A stretch of DNA of 64,000 nt from a bacterium. GTDB taxonomy: Bacteria > RBG-13-61-14 > DATKZS01. Made by a program: the position numbers and the translations under genes. Positions 11,701 through 19,242 of this stretch are shown here, one piece after another; the stretch's first letter is position 1; every line of letters begins with the position of its first letter. The DNA lies in NCBI GenBank assembly GCA_963674965.2, contig CAXXFL010000001.1:1152001-1216000 (forward strand), given 5' to 3'. Below the pieces are notes generated by a model that was given only the letters and a program-made list of their open reading frames with translations, was not told where the DNA came from and searched no databases.

Positions 11701-11742
11701 GGCCAGTGCCAACGGAATTGCGTACCATAATGCCTTCCTCAT
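2785..11742 (-). CDS. Giant secreted/surface protein: signal peptide, right-handed beta-helix modules, acidic Ca-binding (TSP3-like) repeats, dockerin-like and Ig-like C-terminus
   Basis: 2985-aa open frame; N-terminal signal peptide; recurrent W-x-G and Asn-ladder motifs; many DxDxDG..DG.E....T.P motifs; paired DG.(V/T)SPLDL motifs near the C-terminus. Confidence 0.85.
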   Translation of the reverse strand: MRKALWYAIPLALAMVILPAGVSLGAWSSANNGTTYDMSDIAALTSSVSYNSTTNEYVVTDDIIIQNLDTLVISGGTTVAFTGSITALVIEGTLEAEGSQGNLITFTTTSGTPGLDAWGGIIASGADATATLSYCRVEYARIETSSPSRVPSMSVSNCEFYGSHAEIEDATYFSFNDNSMESPTNNGVVVNLFGSSVSSFRNNTMTDTTTYCIINLDPSLVGAFSGNTLDCTYTRDIELEDTVYPECVSSTTTWSQAAVYHVRDDICVVNSGSITIAAPGAVFEFDTGINIDVDGSFIVDGTTASPITFKPLIGTGHDAWPGLIASGGSSDEISLDNVRWSYGDIDIVGGASRLGKSAISNSWFTELTIAGSSIDDFSFDGNSVDCQSGAAVYPLTLTSDTITSINGNAFTGESNNYLIYGITPVGAGGLANNEFSGALTADVYIAPGDSILGDVTWSQVADFHLDAQAFVAQSGKLTINGAGSNYYLSQGNGQFRSNGGSIIVDGTTADPILITNDAADPSSGYFAAFLMISTAGGTVDIDAARIEYGYMAVVGIGAEPVNSFSMTNSRMYYMDFESMNVDDFAIDGSSVTINPYLSYGSVVYLLGDVAISSMKNNVFTGTGSVDYILAKYPGAYLGALSGNTYDGGLIAQVEVDDQSSSPPCATGVQNWGDKNILYQVKQDLCIDASGDVTVTATGSTFAFGAGLGISCAGSFAVDADSGAEIAFYPDAVPPSSGTWDGIDMSSTGADFSLDYVDWLNGPITTSASGNLATADITNSALTGLVLDLTDVAAVTFDANSVDALSGATPAINLTGSTVTSFDNNSIAGGGGTYAVTGYPPQSLGHITNNTITGFTTAEFYVYSDALVCASDSQNGSQSNATMIIASDVCVGPTGSMSFTGPGTKWTMNAGSDITVNGGSFALAGNTANRMILRGPVSPYTWDGLAMNSGAGRTFSLNHVVVGPAPVLVSSSGANMASSSITNSWLDGARVALKDSNAVTFSGNSVDGPSSASESPLDLEGSTVLAISSNSIAGTGNEYLINNVAPKGVGAISGNALSGSGSYDLFVDSPGAPQCIAGSATWSQIASYLIGCTVCIDAGGKVTAYLPGATVKFAGGANFSGEGSLDLSGSAVSRINISGVGASWGGVNLTPATTGSLAIKNAKWDGGPILADGGTDGMGPAEISGCSLTESRVALLDSSSVTFTNNALTTSAGETNNALDVEGSTLKAITGNSIQGASGQHVINGVAPQFLGYLSGNSLSGCLAQEIRAAGESVVAITNVQTWNQAGDYLFETGVQINAGGSVMISLPGSKLSFAPDIGVICNGKLEARGQQGNYIEMTSAETTPAPGDWSGIRVNSSGQLTLERIIVDYATYGVYAYIPSALNLNLCQVKYFGTNALYMRNTPVSTVVKQNYFTGTNGYVMNLVNSTGKFENNVLFSGNNATIRNSGTPAEVPDFGGGAFGSAGGNEFIKLGTGYSVMNLSTLDVMAQGNYWGTTVDSEIQDLIYDHHDNASYGEVDYSGYTAGYFQDLQTSPSVAYAGDTISISFTSGNTVSDGPTVTLSGQTATQTSHTGNDYTFEYSVQGASPEFHGENTITIQGSDNEGVPRFRSAITTIVFDRDRDMLCDSGSSLYDGSTLLCLASETAYGTDPDDDDSDDDGLKDGEEVITYSTDPDDDDSDDDGLNDYIETITRPCLDPNDNDSDDDTLLDGTSAGEDKDGDGTVDPGETDPCDADSDDDLMSDSYEVYHSSCLNPTVNDASGDPDEDELTNILEHGNSTDPCDPDSDDDTMEDGWEVTYSSCGLDPLANDASGDNDTDTLTNATEYSLLSNPCNNDTDGDNMLDAYEYANSCISILVGDSLQDGDTDSLTNIAEMGLGSNPCNDDTDGDNMEDGYENAYSCINILVGDSLLDGDTDSLTNVTEAGLGSNPCNDDTDGDNMEDGYENTYACINILVGDSLQDGDTDDLDNITEMGLGSNPCNDDTDGDNMEDGYENTHACINILVGDSLQDGDTDDLDNITEMGLGSNPCNDDTDGDNMEDGYEYDYACINILVGDSLQDGDTDDLDNITEMGLGSNPCNDDTDGDNMEDGYEYDYACINILVGDSLQDGDTDDLNNITEMGLGSNPCNDDTDGDNMEDGYENTYACINILVGDSLQDGDTDDLDNITEAGLGSNPCNDDTDGDNMEDGYEYDYACINILVGDSLQDGDTDDLNNITEMGLGSNPCNDDTDGDNMEDGYENTYACINILVGDSLQDGDTDDLDNITEAGLGSNPCNEDTDGDDMEDGYENSYACINILVGDSLLDGDADGLTNLTEHGLGSNPCDEDTDGDGMDDYYENGYACVNIAAGDSADDYDRDSRRNITEYKDGTDPCVADDGEIAAYSGSYGAPYCQAGVGPCIVTSDIIQSRDNITGGSEPNQPNTLTVSSCADGSVGSYWSDESLEAFIVEPLTGDTFFPGSTVQVKARVFCNAAEYTKDVAYIYHSPSASSPSWTRVGTMNCTVAGGLETLSISFNLAMTGGEQALRVSFGRSTPATACNSNTLTDRDDLVLKVVSLDLDGDGLMDDVEDAWCTDSSDPDTDGDGLCDGDTAVYDGATLLCEAGEDMDLSGSWESGVETDPCSADTDGDTLGDGDEAPLYGTNPILADSDLDGIRDWIEAVKVSCLDALVDDSDSDGLIDGTSLGEDKNGNGVVDAGESSPCDTDSDDDGVDDGDEVNTYSTNPAYWDTDGDGLPDKFEIDNLSGHALNLDPNYSADGLLDFDSDTNPNVHEYWNGTEVWVTSLVGGTGCYCWGDSGNTLSADGLVSPLDLPALKNRIGLKSASYTGVIPPNGDSQELDMDEITSPLDLNILVAMATLSSTSGNPSIPVDLEVVGDATVTVETGMTTRITVGVLNNKPNYTAAMDVVFEINGDSSTGTATVFGGEGADQTGRYDVSGPIASGGRSTVVIRVDTPGTIYVRGRIVGCGTGGKGRFANPIVRDKLVLITGQ
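4630..6250 (-). repeat. Intragenic tandem repeat, 147-bp (49-aa) unit, about 11 copies
   Basis: Unit DDTDGDNMEDGYENTYACINILVGDSLQDGDTDDLDNITEMGLGSNPCN recurs at a 147-nt period. Confidence 0.95.
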
Positions 11743-11927
11743 AATACAGTCCCCTCTCCTTGCGATCTGGTTAAAAGAATTGGAATAATAACGTGACGCG
11801 GACCCATGTAACCAAAAAGAATATAGCCAATAGCCAAAATATTGTCAATCACGACAAGCGCGACAATTAACCGGGAAATTTGATAGGACCCGATATTTCC
11901 ACTAACCTGATGGGCGGAGGTTAAATC

Positions 11928-12539
11928 ATGGCCACGAGGATTCTGCTTGTCAGACACGGTGAAACTAAATTCAACGACGAGAGGCGATGCCAGGGATTTA
12001 CCGACGTGCCCCTTAACGAAAGGGGCGTTGCGCAGGCGGTGAATCTTGCCGAAGCTCTCAAGAAGGAAAGAATAGACGCCATTATTTCCTCCGATCTTGT
12101 GCGGGCGAAAAAGACCGCCGAGCACGTGGCGGTTCATCATGGCTTGTCCGTTCAACTCGACGCCAGACTCAGGGAACTCAACCAGGGATCGCTGGAAGGG
12201 AAAAACCTTGACGGGCTTCTTTCCGACCACCCTGAACTCCTGAAGAACTGGATGGACCGTCCGGCCGACGTGGAAATGCCCGGCGGCGAATCCATGAGGG
12301 CCCTTCAGGCAAGGGCCTGGAGAGCCGTCGAGGACGTCCTCGAAGCTTTCCCCGATAAAACGGTGGTTATTGTCGCTCATAACCTGTGTATAATGTCCAT
12401 AGTCTGCCTGGCCATCGGCCTTGATCTTAACAATTTCAGGAGACTGAAAATAGGCACGGCGTCTATATCTGAAATCCGTTTCTCGAACGGGGGACCGACC
12501 CTTATAAAAATAAACGATTCTCATCATATCGACCGATAA
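11928..12539 (+). CDS. Histidine phosphatase (CobC/GpmB-like)
   Basis: LVRHGET, SSDLVRA, LRELNQG, PGGES, VAH motifs; GGAGG RBS. Confidence 0.92.
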   Translation: MATRILLVRHGETKFNDERRCQGFTDVPLNERGVAQAVNLAEALKKERIDAIISSDLVRAKKTAEHVAVHHGLSVQLDARLRELNQGSLEGKNLDGLLSDHPELLKNWMDRPADVEMPGGESMRALQARAWRAVEDVLEAFPDKTVVIVAHNLCIMSIVCLAIGLDLNNFRRLKIGTASISEIRFSNGGPTLIKINDSHHIDR

Positions 12540-12878
12540 AGATAAAGCCAAAATGACCGAGGAAAAGTAAGCTTTCCTCTCATCCCCCCATTTCGATGAT
12601 TGTTAAACATTCACAGATTCATTTTTTATCAGGTTTTGGCAGGCCAGACCCGAATTGGGAATTTCTTGAATTTGGCAATTTTTATTTCATCTTTGATATA
12701 TAAATTTAGCCTTATCCCTATGACTCCCATATAAGCCTTTTTTTCCCTTTTCTTATTGATGGTTTAGAGAACCGCATTTTTCGGCAGCGATTTTGCTTTA
12801 TTCCTTTCGAGGTATTTGCCGTCTATTTCCATTTGCGCAAACCCACGTCATGTACAATCGGCGGCAACCTGGACAAAA

Positions 12879-14570
12879 ATGACTAAGTACATCGGCATAG
12901 ACCTGGGAACTTCCACCACTTGCCTTTCGGTAGTTGAAAAAGGCGAGTCTCTCATAATCCCTGGACCAAGCGGGGAAAAAGTCATCCCTAGCTACGTCTA
13001 CCTCCGCGAGGATGGCAAATTCCTCATCGGGGAGCCGGCTAAAGCCGAGTGCATAGCCGATCCTTATAACACTATTTGGGCCACCAAACGGCTGATCGGA
13101 CGAAAATTCAATGACCCTTTTGTTCAATACAGCCTTAAAAGATTGCCCTACAAGATATCCGAGTCTAAACATGATGGGGTACAGATTCATGGACGGGACA
13201 AGACTTACCCGCCGGAATGGTTCGCCTCCTTAATACTTAAATCCGTGGTTCATCACGCCTCGACTTATCTTTCCGAGCCCGTTAAAAAGGCAGTTATCAC
13301 CGTCCCCGGCACTTTTAACAAGTTCCAGCGCGAGGCCACGCAAAAGTCAGCGGAAAAAATTGGTCTTGAGGTACTCAGACTCGTTAACGAACCCACGGCC
13401 GCCGCCGTGTCATGGGGGTTCCATAAAAAGACCGGACAGACGGTTGCCGTGTTCGACCTTGGAGGAGGTACATTCGACGCTTTCATTATTCGGATAGGAG
13501 AAGGTAATTACAAACTCCTGGCCGCAAGGGGCGAACCCTGGCTGGGCGGAGAGGATTTCGACAACGTTTTGGTTGAAAAAGTAGCTTCCGCCTTTAAAAA
13601 GCAATATAAAATAAATATTTATACCGACAAGATCGCCCATCAAAGACTCAAAACGGCGGCGGAAAAAGCCAAGATGGAGCTTAGCGAGAATGACGAGGCA
13701 CTAATCTATATTCCTTCCATCTGCCCCGATATCAGCAGAGTAGCCGACGTCAACTATAAGGTCGGCCGAGCCGAGTTTGATGGACTGATTGAAAAGCTCG
13801 TGGATCGAACCATCCAGATTTTTCATCGCGCCGTTCAAGACGCCGGCTTATCTCTGGACGATCTTGACAACGTCCTTATGGTTGGCGGGATGACGCGGGT
13901 CCCTCTGGTTAGAGAAAAGATGCGCCGCCTGATTGGCCGCGAACCCAATTGTACGATCGATCCCGACGAGGCGGTCGCAAGAGGGGCCGCGATAATCGCC
14001 TCCGGTCTTTCGGGAAATCCGGTTAAGCTCAGCCCCCCAGCCTCTACCAAGCCGGCGGACGAATACCTGAGTGGTGACGTTGATATCCACGCCATGTACG
14101 CCGAGGCCATCACCAGAAGTCATGACCCTTCGTCGCCCGACCAGGATTTTTCTTCTCATCAGCCAGATGTCCTTCCCGACGGTGGGATCGATACACCAAA
14201 TCTAAGCGGAGCGCAAAACTCCTCTAACGCGGAGCAGGCTCCGGGAGCTCAACTTCTCCTCGAAGTTTTATCGCAGTCAATCAAGATTGAGGACCTCGCC
14301 AAAATACTCGCGCCCACGGCGGGTAACGGAAACGGTAACTGGAGAACGGGAGGCTTCACCTTGAAGGCAAGCCTGAGAGAAGGCGTCAGAATCAAGGTCT
14401 ACCACAACGCGAATGGAAACGGGCGGCGCGTGATGCTCGGAGAGTTCGTTATCCAAAGCTACAAAGCCACCGAGCATTCCTCACCCGAGATAAAGGTATA
14501 CTTCAGCGTCGACAAAAAAGCGCCTTTCGCCGTCAACGCGCCCATATTAAGCGCGGGCATAAGCAAATAA
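12879..14570 (+). CDS. Hsp70 family protein with atypical C-terminal half
   Basis: IGIDLGTS, AVITVP, LRLVNEPTAAA, VFDLGGGTFD, LGGEDFD, LMVGGMTRVP, PDEAVARGAA; start placed at ATG 12879. Confidence 0.9.
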   Translation: MTKYIGIDLGTSTTCLSVVEKGESLIIPGPSGEKVIPSYVYLREDGKFLIGEPAKAECIADPYNTIWATKRLIGRKFNDPFVQYSLKRLPYKISESKHDGVQIHGRDKTYPPEWFASLILKSVVHHASTYLSEPVKKAVITVPGTFNKFQREATQKSAEKIGLEVLRLVNEPTAAAVSWGFHKKTGQTVAVFDLGGGTFDAFIIRIGEGNYKLLAARGEPWLGGEDFDNVLVEKVASAFKKQYKINIYTDKIAHQRLKTAAEKAKMELSENDEALIYIPSICPDISRVADVNYKVGRAEFDGLIEKLVDRTIQIFHRAVQDAGLSLDDLDNVLMVGGMTRVPLVREKMRRLIGREPNCTIDPDEAVARGAAIIASGLSGNPVKLSPPASTKPADEYLSGDVDIHAMYAEAITRSHDPSSPDQDFSSHQPDVLPDGGIDTPNLSGAQNSSNAEQAPGAQLLLEVLSQSIKIEDLAKILAPTAGNGNGNWRTGGFTLKASLREGVRIKVYHNANGNGRRVMLGEFVIQSYKATEHSSPEIKVYFSVDKKAPFAVNAPILSAGISK

Positions 14571-14869
14571 CGTTTCATTTTTGAAAAAAATCTTTTGATG
14601 TTAGGTACTGTCCTCGGAAATGAAATCTCGATAGTGTAAAAATATTTGGCGCCAGGGAAAATTCATTTTTATTATTTTTACGCCCCGCAAACAATCTTAA
14701 TTCCAAGTTATTGAAAATATTGCTTATTATTTTATCGAGAGAAATCCGCCATAGGGTACGCAAATTGCTTAAACAACTATTATATGGCATGACTGATGAA
14801 AGGAAAGCACATAAACCCTGACATGTATTACATTGCGTCAATTTGCGTCTTTTTTGAAAGGAAAAAGAT

Positions 14870-15037
14870 ATGAGCGCTAGCAGGAAGAATCGTGAAAGTT
14901 ATGGTTCCGAAACGACTAGTGAAATAATTCTTAACGTATTAAAAAGAGAATTCGACAAAACGCCCGAAAAAGACCTCAAGGTCATCGCGCTACGGATTCA
15001 GAAACGACGTCCGCCCCAGACGTCGGCCACAATATAA
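14870..15037 (+). CDS. Putative small protein (55 aa), not in the ORF track
   Basis: GAAAGGA RBS then ATG; MSASRKNRESYGSETTSEIILNVLKREFDKTPEKDLKVIALRIQKRRPPQTSATI. Confidence 0.45.
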   Translation: MSASRKNRESYGSETTSEIILNVLKREFDKTPEKDLKVIALRIQKRRPPQTSATI

Positions 15038-15179
15038 GTCCCTCCTATTTTCCCGCCAAGGCTACCCCGCCCGATGGTAAGGCCCCTGATAGGGGTCTTA
15101 CCATTTGTATTTAAACAATAAAATAAATTTATCTTGTGCGGGGCCACGCTTTTTGATAACATCCGGGAAGGAGGACCAA

Positions 15180-17294
15180 ATGATACCTTTCCTTTTCGCC
15201 GTTCACAGTCACCAGCCCGTGGGTAACTTCGGCCATGTCTTCGAAAAAGCTTATAACGACAGCTATATGCCTTTCCTGGAGACCATGGAAAAGAACCCTG
15301 AAATGAAATTTACACTTCATTACTCTGGGTGCCTTCTCGACTGGATCCAGGCCAATAGGCCCGAACATGTTCGGCTTCTCCAGAAAATGGTTTCCAGAGG
15401 TCAGGTCGAAATACTCGGCGGCGGTTATTACGAGCCAATCCTGACCTGTATTCCCCGCCGTGACGCCAAAGGCCAGATTTGCCTTTATCTTGACCACCTT
15501 GAAAAGCTCTTCGGCCAAAGGCCTCGGGGCATATGGCTTACTGAAAGAGTGTGGGACCCGGGACTTCCCGAGCTCCTTCACGACACGGGTGTCGAGTTCA
15601 CCCTGGTTGACGACTCTCATTTCCGCTTCGCCGGGATCGACATGGATGACGCCTGGGGGCCTTATATCGCCGAGACGGCCGGCAAATCGATCCTTGTCTT
15701 TCCTATCGACAAGGAATTGAGATATAAAATTCCTTTCCAGGAACCGTCCGCGTGCCTTGAATATCTTTTCCAGCGGGCAAGAAAAGACCCTGATTTCGTC
15801 GCCTGTTACGGCGATGACGGTGAGAAATTCGGCATTTGGCCGGATACCTACGAATGGGTCTTTGAAAAAGGTTGGCTTGACCGGTTCCTTGCCGAGATGT
15901 CTAACCAAAAAGACCGGATCGCCATGACTCACTTTGGGGATTACCTCTCAAATGCAAAACCCAGGGGAAGGGCATACATTCCGCCCGCCAGTTATGACGA
16001 AATGATGGAATGGGTACTGCCGCCCCATCTTGGCCTTCGCCTCGAAAAATATCTCCATGAGCTTAAATATTCCAATCGGGCCGGCGAGTTGGCGCCTTTT
16101 GTCAGAGGCGGCCACTGGGAGATGTTCCTGGCTAAGTACAATGAATCAAACCGCATGCAAAAAAGGATGCTGCTCGCCTCGAACGGGCTCGACTCGAAAA
16201 AGAGCATCCCCCTTTCGGCCCTGAAGTCCTTGTATCAGAGCCAGTGCAACTGCGCCTACTGGCATGGAGTGTTCGGTGGGCTTTACCTTAATTTCCTGCG
16301 CCACGCCATATATGAAAAAATCCTCGAGGCCGAGGAACTTGGCGGCCTCAATAAAAAACTTTGCCTCGAAAAAACGGATTACGACCTTGACGGCCTCGAA
16401 GAGATTCTAGTTACGTCGCCCCATATCAACGCCATAGTCAGTCCCGGGCTGGGAGGGTCTATCGTCTCCCTGGAAATTCCGGGAAAGCGCTTTTCGCTTT
16501 CGAACGTTATGGCCAGGAGAAAAGAGGCTTACCACTCTAAGTTATTGGAATCGCACAATACCTCGGTAAATCATGATGAGGCGGCCCCGGGCTGTAACGA
16601 GCCGGCGACCATTCACGAGATAGTTAAGGTAAAAGAAGAAGGACTGGAAAAGTTTCTCGTTTACGACCGTTTCCAAAGGCTTTGCCTGCAGGACCACTTA
16701 CTGCCCGCAGCTTTATCCTTGGAGGAGATCGAGTCAGAAAAAACCATTGAACTGGGATCCTTCGCCGGGAAGCCCTATGAACTGATAGATTCTGGCTCTG
16801 GAAAAATTTCGCTAAAAAGAACCGATTATTGTGGATCGGCGCCGTTTACCGTCTCCAAGAACTACCTGTTCCAGGATATAGTGTCCGGTTTTGACATAGA
16901 GTATAAACTTAAATCGGAGGGGCAGGGAAAGCTTAAAATTCGCTTTGCCGTTGAATGGAATCTTACGCTTTTAGATGGAAACAGCCCCGACCATTATTAT
17001 AGAATAGATGATATTGTACCGGAAGATTCGACCATGAGCGCCAGAGCAAAGCACACCGGGGCAACAAAGCTGGAGATGATAAATAAGCCCTTGGGCTTCC
17101 AGGTTGTGCTTATAAGCGAACAACCATGCGAATTATTTTACTTTCCCGTCGAGACCGTGTCTCAATCGGAGTCGGGATTCGAAAGGACTTATCAGGGATC
17201 TTGCATATGGCAAACCTGGGTAATTGATATCCCCCCCTCAGGTTCATGGTCTGGAAAATTACAAATAAGGTTTCAAGAGGATAGTATCATTTAA
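15180..17294 (+). CDS. GH57 alpha-amylase/4-alpha-glucanotransferase
   Basis: HSHQPVGNF, GGYYEPIL, GIWLTERVW, GDDGEKFG, QCNCAYWHGVFGGLY; GGAGG RBS before ATG 15180. Confidence 0.93.
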   Translation: MIPFLFAVHSHQPVGNFGHVFEKAYNDSYMPFLETMEKNPEMKFTLHYSGCLLDWIQANRPEHVRLLQKMVSRGQVEILGGGYYEPILTCIPRRDAKGQICLYLDHLEKLFGQRPRGIWLTERVWDPGLPELLHDTGVEFTLVDDSHFRFAGIDMDDAWGPYIAETAGKSILVFPIDKELRYKIPFQEPSACLEYLFQRARKDPDFVACYGDDGEKFGIWPDTYEWVFEKGWLDRFLAEMSNQKDRIAMTHFGDYLSNAKPRGRAYIPPASYDEMMEWVLPPHLGLRLEKYLHELKYSNRAGELAPFVRGGHWEMFLAKYNESNRMQKRMLLASNGLDSKKSIPLSALKSLYQSQCNCAYWHGVFGGLYLNFLRHAIYEKILEAEELGGLNKKLCLEKTDYDLDGLEEILVTSPHINAIVSPGLGGSIVSLEIPGKRFSLSNVMARRKEAYHSKLLESHNTSVNHDEAAPGCNEPATIHEIVKVKEEGLEKFLVYDRFQRLCLQDHLLPAALSLEEIESEKTIELGSFAGKPYELIDSGSGKISLKRTDYCGSAPFTVSKNYLFQDIVSGFDIEYKLKSEGQGKLKIRFAVEWNLTLLDGNSPDHYYRIDDIVPEDSTMSARAKHTGATKLEMINKPLGFQVVLISEQPCELFYFPVETVSQSESGFERTYQGSCIWQTWVIDIPPSGSWSGKLQIRFQEDSII

Positions 17295-17311
17295 TTAAAC
17301 GGAGTGTATTA

Positions 17312-17344
17312 AATTTACAGTGTTTATAATAAACACTGTAAATT
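17312..17344. repeat. Perfect 16-bp inverted repeat with 1-nt spacer
   Basis: AATTTACAGTGTTTAT-A-ATAAACACTGTAAATT between convergent genes. Confidence 0.9.
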
Positions 17345-17395
17345 AGATTTACTGATTGTGATTGTAAAATATACTGCCCTTACTCATAACGGCCA

Positions 17396-17881
17396 TCAGG
17401 AGCGAAGATACCTGTATAATGCCTCGGCCACGCAAGCCGGTTTTTCCTGGCCCTCAACCTCGAAAACCAATTTCCATACCGTGGACAGGCCGCCTTTTAT
17501 CTCCTCCACCGAATAGAGCCAAGCCCTCATGCGAACCTTTGCTCCAACTGGAAGAGGCGCGGGAAAACGGAGCTTGTTAAGTCCATAATTGATCGTCATC
17601 TTCTTATCGAGCACTTCGAGTATCTCCGACCTCAAACGCGGAGCAAGACTTAAAGTAAAATAACCATGGGCGATCGTGCCGCCATATGGCGATTCGGTTT
17701 TAGATCTCTCCGGGTCAGTGTGAATCCACTGATGGTCGCCGGTGGCCCTGGCAAACAGGTCCACGTCCTCCTGCGTCACCTGGACCCAATCGCTGACCCC
17801 GACCTCTCTCCCGATAAAATCCTTGAGATCGTCAACTTTGTCGATGATAACCTTGGGCATTTTTTCTCCCGTCGCCTCCAT
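17396..17881 (-). CDS. MaoC family dehydratase
   Basis: FARATGDHQWIHTDPE, TIAHGYFTLSL, NYGLNKLRFPAP. Confidence 0.93.
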   Translation of the reverse strand: MEATGEKMPKVIIDKVDDLKDFIGREVGVSDWVQVTQEDVDLFARATGDHQWIHTDPERSKTESPYGGTIAHGYFTLSLAPRLRSEILEVLDKKMTINYGLNKLRFPAPLPVGAKVRMRAWLYSVEEIKGGLSTVWKLVFEVEGQEKPACVAEALYRYLRS

Positions 17882-17891
17882 GTAGGTTCCC

Positions 17892-18749
17892 TCAGGCGGG
17901 CGCCTTTTTTTCCGCGATGTGGTCCTGGGCCTCGGTATAGGTAAGAAGGACGACGCCGACGACTATTATACCCACGCCCAGGTACTGAAGAGGTTTCAGT
18001 ATGGTGCCGAAGGTGAAATAATCGAGCACAACGGGGCAAAGTATCATGAAGGAATTGATAGTCGGCACCACGATCATGGCCGGCGCTCTCCAGAAGGCAA
18101 ACTGGGTAATGGTCAGCGCCGCGATGCCCAAAATGATTGCGGCGTAAGGATAAGGATTTTTCAACTGTCCCAGAAAATTGTCCTTGGCCTCGACCAGGGC
18201 CATATCGCCCAGGATGAGACAAATGCCTAAAATCACTCCCGCGGCCGCGCCAAAGGCCAGGCCATGAAATCGCTTGGCCCGCCAGGCGTACGCGGCTGGT
18301 GGACCGAAAATGACTACCATAATAATTGACGAGAACAGGAATCTTGAAAGGGAAAAGGCCTGGCCCTTTTCCGGGGGCTGATCGAAATAGCCCATAACCG
18401 TGGTGCCAAGCAGAACGCAAAGGGCCCCGCCAATCTCCTGAAAACCTATCTTCTCCTTCAAAACCAGCCAGGCGAAAATGACAAGGCCTATCATGCCGAC
18501 ACCGTTTAACGAGCTGACCATGGATGGCTTGTCCGTGTATTTCAAGGCCAGAGAGTAGATGACCGTGCATGACGCGGTAAGGCCAAAGCCGAGGAGCCAG
18601 ATGAAAAAGTCCCTCCTGTGCTCGGGCGCAAGTACGGCCCTTCCATTACCGAGTACTTTAACCTTCCATTTCTGGATCGCCTTGCCCACGTTCAAATTGG
18701 TGGAGGCTATTATCGCCAGTAAAACTCCAAGCCACATCTCGGGTTTCAT
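17892..18749 (-). CDS. DMT-superfamily membrane protein, NIPA-like
   Basis: About 9 hydrophobic segments; N-terminal ..N.G.AIQK and LKEKIG motifs. Confidence 0.7.
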   Translation of the reverse strand: MKPEMWLGVLLAIIASTNLNVGKAIQKWKVKVLGNGRAVLAPEHRRDFFIWLLGFGLTASCTVIYSLALKYTDKPSMVSSLNGVGMIGLVIFAWLVLKEKIGFQEIGGALCVLLGTTVMGYFDQPPEKGQAFSLSRFLFSSIIMVVIFGPPAAYAWRAKRFHGLAFGAAAGVILGICLILGDMALVEAKDNFLGQLKNPYPYAAIILGIAALTITQFAFWRAPAMIVVPTINSFMILCPVVLDYFTFGTILKPLQYLGVGIIVVGVVLLTYTEAQDHIAEKKAPA

Positions 18750-18794
18750 GAAATCTCCTTTTATAAATATACTGCTCGCCGCGACAATGGCGGA

Positions 18795-19061
18795 TCAGGA
18801 GTTATGTTGACCAAGCCTTTGCGCCCAGGCGGAAATGGACTCGTTCAGCCCATCAATCGCGGGCTGATCGTGAATTGCAAGAGAATAAGCGTAATCGGAT
18901 AAATCCAAGCTTAAAAATTCTCTCAACTCATCGGCAAGTTCAGGAAGATATCCATCGGCTTCGGCTAAGATAGGCCGAAGCTCCCTGGCCAGTTCGGAAG
19001 GACTAATATCTTTCCTGGCGGCCTTTGTAAATAACTCCCGCGCATTCTCAATCCAAACCAC
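18795..19061 (-). CDS. Hypothetical small acidic helical protein
   Basis: 88-aa ORF with AAGGAG upstream of GTG; no recognised motif. Confidence 0.55.
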   Translation of the reverse strand: MVWIENARELFTKAARKDISPSELARELRPILAEADGYLPELADELREFLSLDLSDYAYSLAIHDQPAIDGLNESISAWAQRLGQHNS

Positions 19062-19242
19062 TTGAAATAATTCTCCTTTGATTAGTCCAATACTTTATTT
19101 CAACGAATATTTATTATATCAAATTGTAAATGTCAATTTGTTTTCTTGCTCGATGAGGCGCTTACGAACCCGCAATCTTCAGGCCAACCTCTACCGCTGG
19201 TCGCTAAGAAATGGAAACATAAAAACATTCGAGAGGCTCTCT

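Noticed and set aside
11739-12551. 270-aa minus-strand ORF abutting the giant gene
   Set aside because: Antisense to a clear histidine phosphatase, with no recognisable features.
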